From the IMG/VR virus record IMGVR_UViG_3300006790_000041, positions 1 to 40,315 of that record: 40,315 nt of DNA; one strand, 5' to 3'. A model generated the notes under the pieces. That model did not search any database. It was not told the origin of the DNA and saw only the letters and a list, made by a program, of their open reading frames with translations. Source of the stretch: a virus (Duplodnaviria > Caudoviricetes). Of the stretch, positions 35,239-40,315 are shown in pieces (position 1 is the stretch's first letter; the number at the start of each line of letters is the position of its first letter). A program made the translations under genes and the position numbers.

Positions 35239-35667
35239 ATGACAACGCCAACCGAACGCGCAAACCAGCTGCGCGGCAATCTGAACGAGCGAGCCGGCGG
35301 CATTCGTGGCCGGCTGAACGCCAGAGCCCAGCGGCTTGCCGAGGGGCTGGCCCGCAATCTGTCGGAGATCATCGACCGCCCGCCGACGCCCCCAACACTC
35401 CGCCGCGAAGAACCGCGCGGCGGCATCCCGTCTGCACGCGGATATGCTCAGTACAACTACCAACCCGGCAGCAACCCCGGCAGTGGCGGCGGCATCGCCA
35501 GCCCCCTGGAAGAGGTGAACTACGGCAGCCGGCTGTACCACACGAACGGCATACCCAGCACTGACGGCCTGTTTGTTTATCCGCTGCTGAGCCGGCTGCT
35601 GCTTGAGGATGCGGACGGCGCGCCGGTTGAAATCTATCTTGCGGGCACATCGGCGCCAACACCATGA
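35239..35667 (+). CDS. Putative tail protein
   Basis: GGGGIASPLEE motif; operon packing. Confidence 0.6.
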   Translation: MTTPTERANQLRGNLNERAGGIRGRLNARAQRLAEGLARNLSEIIDRPPTPPTLRREEPRGGIPSARGYAQYNYQPGSNPGSGGGIASPLEEVNYGSRLYHTNGIPSTDGLFVYPLLSRLLLEDADGAPVEIYLAGTSAPTP

Positions 35668-37346
35668 GCACAGAAACAAATGCTCCGCTGTGGGGTTGCC
35701 CATGGCACGGCGTCGTGCGTCGTGAGTTTGTCACGCCACCACCGGGCGTTGGTGGTGATCAGTATCTCTCGGCTCAGCAAACCCTGACGCTGCCCGGTGG
35801 TGCGGAAATGCCGTGGCCGCCGAGTTCGGATATTGATCAGGCCAACATCGCCCACCACGGCACGGTGTTTATGCAGCGCCTGCCTGGAGCCGCCCAAAGC
35901 CCGGAAACCCCTGCAGAGCAAGCTGCGCAGGGGATGGCATGGCGTGACTATGCGCTCGTTGCCGGTGGTTTTCGGGGCGAGGTACATGGCAAGCATCTTG
36001 GCACCAGGGCTTGGTTCTACTGGGATGCCGATATGGGTTGGCCGTGGAAACTCAATTTGTCGGTGCAGCGAGTCAGCCCTGCAAACGCATGGGACTTCGA
36101 CGCTGTTGACTTGACGGTTAGCGCAGACCCGTCCGGATTTGTGCTCAAGCCTTGGGCTGGCCTGCAGAAAACAGCGCGGCTAAATGTACAGCAAACGGCG
36201 GAGTTCTCCCGGGCAGGCTGGTCGAATGGAGGCTTTCGCTATTGCGTGGTGGATGCGGTACCGGATGGCAGCAAAGTCATCGTCGGTGTGTACAACGCCG
36301 ACAACCGCCCGCTGCGAGAGAACGCAGAGTCATTCACGGTCAACGATGTCACGGCGCTGGGGTTCTGGCTGATCGAAGTGAGCGGCACTCCTTTTGCCGG
36401 GGGGCTCAACTTTAGTGTGCAGGCAACCGAGCTCGCCACCCGCAGCGAATGCCTTGGCAGCGTCAGCCACACGCCGATGCCCACTGGCTCGGTCACAACC
36501 AACGTGTATACGCCCAATGACCTGCAGGGCTTCAGGATCGATGCGCCCCCAGGGCCGTACCCGCAGCCCTCCAACACGCCGCTGCCGCTTGTCTCTAGGT
36601 CATTCTCGGTCACGGAGGAGGTCGGCCAGGAGACAAGGACGCTCATCGGCAAAGTGGTGGGGTATTGGTTTGATGCCCAGGGCAACCCGGCGCCGGTGGT
36701 CGTCAATCGCATCGCCACACGTCAACGGGCCAGCACCTACACCGAGCAAATTCTGGATGACAGCTTGGTGATGGTGATCGACAGCGAGGGCGCAACAACC
36801 TACGCGGGTAGCGCCGAGGGCGAAGCCAGCAGGGTTATCACCGAGACCAACATTGATCAGCTTGCTGTGACCTGGAACGGGCAAACACTCAATGAAGAGT
36901 GCCGACACACACGGACGATCCGGTACGACTGGCACTACCAGGCGCAGGGCGGGTACTTCCCGCCGCCAGCAGCGCCCGGTGCGGCGATTGTGACATACAC
37001 CGTTGTGGCAGAAAGCCCCGCAGGCCAGACGCAGCAAGGGCCGACAACCCAGCAGCTGGGCGCCGTTAGCGCGCCTGCCGGGTTGCCCGAAACTGCTGGC
37101 GAGTCAGCAGGCGCTGCCTATGAGTGCACCCTGGACAGCTTCCCCACGCTGATCAGGTGGTGCGACATGGCCTTTGGTGTGGCGTGCAGGGTCAGCACCA
37201 CCGAGATTGGCGTTTCACGGGTGCTCACCCCAAGCGGCGAGAAGGGCGCGGCGGGTGTTCACCCGGTAACAAACAAGTACGGCGCTTACCAGCCGGTCAC
37301 GGGGCAAGTGCTGATTGCCCAACGGCACCCCGTCAGATTTACCTGA
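35664..37346 (+). CDS. Putative tail/baseplate protein
   Basis: LWGCPWHG N-terminus; beta-rich. Confidence 0.6.
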   Translation: MSTETNAPLWGCPWHGVVRREFVTPPPGVGGDQYLSAQQTLTLPGGAEMPWPPSSDIDQANIAHHGTVFMQRLPGAAQSPETPAEQAAQGMAWRDYALVAGGFRGEVHGKHLGTRAWFYWDADMGWPWKLNLSVQRVSPANAWDFDAVDLTVSADPSGFVLKPWAGLQKTARLNVQQTAEFSRAGWSNGGFRYCVVDAVPDGSKVIVGVYNADNRPLRENAESFTVNDVTALGFWLIEVSGTPFAGGLNFSVQATELATRSECLGSVSHTPMPTGSVTTNVYTPNDLQGFRIDAPPGPYPQPSNTPLPLVSRSFSVTEEVGQETRTLIGKVVGYWFDAQGNPAPVVVNRIATRQRASTYTEQILDDSLVMVIDSEGATTYAGSAEGEASRVITETNIDQLAVTWNGQTLNEECRHTRTIRYDWHYQAQGGYFPPPAAPGAAIVTYTVVAESPAGQTQQGPTTQQLGAVSAPAGLPETAGESAGAAYECTLDSFPTLIRWCDMAFGVACRVSTTEIGVSRVLTPSGEKGAAGVHPVTNKYGAYQPVTGQVLIAQRHPVRFT

Positions 37347-37355
37347 GGACATAAA

Positions 37356-38066
37356 ATGCTCAACTTTGTTGATAACTGGCTGCGACCGCTTCAGCTCACG
37401 GCGGCCCAAGTCGAGGCCGAGCTGGATTTGCCTGACGGCCAGTACATCCTGACGGTTGCGGACAGCGAGACAGCGGCCACGCGCTGGGAGATCCTTGCCG
37501 CCATGGTCGAATCAGGCCAAGCCATGCTGCTGCGCGAGAGTGCCCAGGAGTGGGGCGCCGGCAGTGTTATTTACTGCTCCGTGAACAGCGCAATTCTGGC
37601 TCAGATTTTCTTGGGGCAGGAGGCGCTGGATAGCCGTGTTACCAATCTGGAAGGCGCCGGGTTGCAGCAGGTCTATGCCGCGCCTACCGGTAGTGACGTA
37701 ACGCTCGACCCGGCAATGCCGTATTGGGCTACCGCGCCCGGCGCCGGCCTGGTGACCTTTAGCGCACCAGCAGACCTGCCGGGTAGCAAGCGGCTAGAAA
37801 ACACAGTCGAGGCAACGCTGTCCGCTGGCGGGCGCGTACGTATCGCCGGCAATGGCAGAGAAATCATTGAGGCGCTGATACAGCCACACGCTGACATATC
37901 GGCCTCTCTGGGGCCTAGCAACGCCTACCTCGAACTCACAGCCTCGGCCACTGCCCGTGTCAGGCTCACTATCGCCGTGCGGGCTGGAGAGTACGCCGGC
38001 GGGGTTATCCGGCTGCAGCTGGCGGTAGATATCGTCGACCTGGCCTCATACGCGCAGCTTTCCTGA
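37356..38066 (+). CDS. Putative tail protein
   Basis: GAGGA SD; MLNFVDNW N-terminus. Confidence 0.6.
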   Translation: MLNFVDNWLRPLQLTAAQVEAELDLPDGQYILTVADSETAATRWEILAAMVESGQAMLLRESAQEWGAGSVIYCSVNSAILAQIFLGQEALDSRVTNLEGAGLQQVYAAPTGSDVTLDPAMPYWATAPGAGLVTFSAPADLPGSKRLENTVEATLSAGGRVRIAGNGREIIEALIQPHADISASLGPSNAYLELTASATARVRLTIAVRAGEYAGGVIRLQLAVDIVDLASYAQLS

Positions 38067-38091
38067 AACTCGCCATCAGAGAACTCCTCAC

Positions 38092-39636
38092 ATGACACCC
38101 GCAAACCTAGCCCTGCGCATCGACCAGGGCGCGACCTTTCGTGCGCTGCTGCGCCTGATGCAACCCAACCCCGTCTACAAACCCATCACCGGTATTGCCG
38201 CCACCGGCCCGGTGCGGCTCACCGTAGAGCACGGCCTGCCCGGCGACTGGCCTGTGTGGGTTGAGCATGTCCGCCAACTGCCCGAGGCCAACCGCGCCCC
38301 GTTGCGGCAGCTGCCGCACATGGCCCAAGCAGTCACCGCCACAGAGCTGGACCTGCCCGGCATCAACGCCACCGGCACCCGGCCAGAGGGTGGCCAGCTG
38401 GTGTACCGCCCACCGCTGGACCTGACCGACGCCACCGCAGAGCTGCGCCTGTACGAGAAGGGGGCAGAGGTCGGCACGCTGCCGGTCACCGTTAACGCCG
38501 GCGGCTGGGTCGATGTGGAGCTGTCTGCAGTCGAAACCGCAGCTCTGGCCTGGCGCAGCCGCGAGTATGTGCTGGACGTGACTCTGCCGAACGGCGACGT
38601 GCTGCGCGCATACACCGGCACCATCACCGTGGAAGTGGCCGGTGCTGCAGCGGGGCAAGTGTGTCATGGCGTTGCCATTGTTGGTGGTGATCGCGGCCCG
38701 GCGGGGCTGGGAGTGGCTGCGGCGACCGTGGCCGAGAATGGCCACTTGATCCTCACGCTGCAGGACGGCACCGAGATTGATGCCGGTGTGATCGACCGGC
38801 CCTGGGGCACGATTCAGGGCGAGATTACCGACCAGCTGGACCTGATGTATCAGTTGGGGCTGAAGGTCAACCAGGCCAGCTACGACGCGTTTGCCGCCGG
38901 CGTGGCGGCAGGGCTGGCTGAGCGTTACACCAAGCCAGAAACAGATGCTCTGGTGGCCAGTCGCACCACGCCAGCGCAGGCTGCGGCGGCAGCGCCTGTG
39001 CAGAGTGTACAAGGCCGCACCGGTGACGTGGCGATAACCAAGGCAGACGTAGGCCTGGGCAGCGCAGACAACACCAGCGACATGGCCAAGCCGGTCAGCA
39101 CCGCGCAGGCTGCTGCTCTGGCGCTCAAGGTGGACGTGTCGGATGTGCTCGATCAGCTGGAATCAGCGGACGCTACCAAGCCGCTGTCGGCCAATCAGGG
39201 GCGTGTGCTCAAAGAGCTGATCGACAACATCCAGACGCTGCTGGAGTCCGACAACATCAACCTCGACAGCTTGCAGGAGGTTGTCGACTTCATCGAGCAG
39301 AACCGGGAAGACCTGCAGAATCTGGGTATCAGCAACATCGCCGGCCTGCAGCCTGCCCTGGACAGCAAGGCCGCCACCAATGGCGACTACGTGAACCTGC
39401 GCGCTCGGTCCACCACCGCTGATGACGTTGGGCTGGGCCAAGTGGATAACACGCCCGATGCCAGCAAGCCGATCAGTGGTCCGCAGCAGGCCGGGCTGGA
39501 TTTGAAAGTCGACAAGGTGGTTGGGAAGGGCCTGAGCACTGAGGACTTCACCACTGACGAAAAGAACAAACTGGCCGCGCTGCAGTCCGCTCGCGACCTT
39601 GAATTGAAACTGGCCTACGGGGTACACACTGCATGA
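38092..39636 (+). CDS. Tail fibre-like protein with internal repeats
   Basis: LRIDQGATF N-terminus; VQSVQGRTGDV; two DVGLG.(A/V)DNT.D..KP(V/I)S..Q...L.LKVD repeats. Confidence 0.7.
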   Translation: MTPANLALRIDQGATFRALLRLMQPNPVYKPITGIAATGPVRLTVEHGLPGDWPVWVEHVRQLPEANRAPLRQLPHMAQAVTATELDLPGINATGTRPEGGQLVYRPPLDLTDATAELRLYEKGAEVGTLPVTVNAGGWVDVELSAVETAALAWRSREYVLDVTLPNGDVLRAYTGTITVEVAGAAAGQVCHGVAIVGGDRGPAGLGVAAATVAENGHLILTLQDGTEIDAGVIDRPWGTIQGEITDQLDLMYQLGLKVNQASYDAFAAGVAAGLAERYTKPETDALVASRTTPAQAAAAAPVQSVQGRTGDVAITKADVGLGSADNTSDMAKPVSTAQAAALALKVDVSDVLDQLESADATKPLSANQGRVLKELIDNIQTLLESDNINLDSLQEVVDFIEQNREDLQNLGISNIAGLQPALDSKAATNGDYVNLRARSTTADDVGLGQVDNTPDASKPISGPQQAGLDLKVDKVVGKGLSTEDFTTDEKNKLAALQSARDLELKLAYGVHTA

Positions 39637-39926
39637 GCACTTCGACTGCCTGGTCTCTGACCGCTTATACCCCGGATACCTGGACCCCGTTGGTGCAGGT
39701 GCCTGCTGACGTGACCAGCATCATTGTCACCAATACAGACCTGCTCAATGACAAGCTGGTACAGGTGCGGCTGGGCGCCGCAGAGATAGCGGGCGCCCAA
39801 CTGGTGCCTGCCGGTGACGCGCTCAAGCTGGACATCAAAGCACTGCCGGTCTCCGCAGCCAGCCAGCTGCAGATCAAAGCGGATGCCGCCGGGCTTCACT
39901 TCACAGCGGCGGGGCTTGCGCAATGA
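39633..39926 (+). CDS. Small virion-associated hypothetical protein
   Basis: ATGA couplings on both sides. Confidence 0.6.
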   Translation: MSTSTAWSLTAYTPDTWTPLVQVPADVTSIIVTNTDLLNDKLVQVRLGAAEIAGAQLVPAGDALKLDIKALPVSAASQLQIKADAAGLHFTAAGLAQ

Positions 39927-40315
39927 GTGCCTGGCAACCGATGTGTAGCCGGGTGCTTGATGCTAACCCGATTGCAGATGCCATCGCGCTGGACTTGGAT
40001 TATCGCAATGACCGTTATCGCGCACTCGACAGTGGGGTTTTAGTTGAGAAGCCTTGGTCAGATATAGTCAATAACTACTCAGCACCGGCTGGGCGGACTT
40101 ACTTTGATAGCTCTGGGGTTTTGCAAACTGCTGCCGCGAATACCCCGATCAGGGCGTTTGACCCGGCCACCGGGGAGCTTCTGGGGAATCAGATCTGGGG
40201 AAGTTACACCTGTCTAAATCATCATTCTTTTGACCCCACAAACTCCGCGTGGATAGTCACGGGCGCAACGAGGACTCCCTACGGTAGCGCTGTCGGAGAG
40301 TTTACTCCGGTATAC
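39923..40315 (+). CDS. Fibre/spike protein, truncated by the window edge
   Basis: Open from ATG 39923 to the end; TYFDSSGVLQTAAANTP..FDPATGELLG motif of phage fibre proteins. Confidence 0.6.
   Translation, partial: MSAWQPMCSRVLDANPIADAIALDLDYRNDRYRALDSGVLVEKPWSDIVNNYSAPAGRTYFDSSGVLQTAAANTPIRAFDPATGELLGNQIWGSYTCLNHHSFDPTNSAWIVTGATRTPYGSAVGEFTPVY

Larger units (their letters stand above)
90..40315. mobile_element. Temperate lambdoid siphophage/prophage (HK97-type head), right end outside the window
   Basis: att core + integrase/xis, cI/cro, O/P-like replication genes, terminase, portal, capsid and tail genes in canonical lambdoid order. Confidence 0.97.

Noticed and set aside
33997-35703. 568-aa antisense ORF
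   Set aside because: Shadow of GC-rich tail genes; no recognisable motifs
1-40315. CRISPR array, DGR/retron reverse transcriptase, IS elements, rRNA
   Set aside because: No regularly spaced repeats, RT motifs, transposase or rRNA sequence seen by eye

Overview
The window is almost entirely one temperate, lambdoid siphophage (prophage or excised genome), probably from a GC-rich Pseudomonadaceae-type host. Order from left to right: 3' fragment of a tRNA-Ser (att core) and int/xis; a leftward early accessory region (MazG-like protein, C5 and N6 DNA methyltransferases, DUF4942, DUF4406, LuxR-type HTH, DUF1391); the immunity region (OL, a KilA-N/BstA-like gene, cI, OR, cro); Rha/ANT antirepressor; O/P-like replication genes; a second tyrosine recombinase; nuclease and Q-like genes; holin; HNH; HK97-type packaging and head genes; neck and tail tube; a P22 immI-like Arc/Arc/BRO-antirepressor cassette plus a moron inside the tail operon; tail chaperone with a -1 frameshift; tape measure; tail tip and fibre genes, cut off at the right edge. 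The most notable items are (i) a C5-methyltransferase locus using all three frames, with an embedded M.EcoHK31I-beta-like ORF and a G7 tract whose length decides which frame receives motifs IX-X, (ii) a BstA-like abortive-infection candidate downstream of cI, and (iii) an intact second tyrosine recombinase lacking an arm domain, with a recombination-site-like repeat pattern at its 3' end. All family assignments come from motif recognition by eye and memory; no database searches were run.
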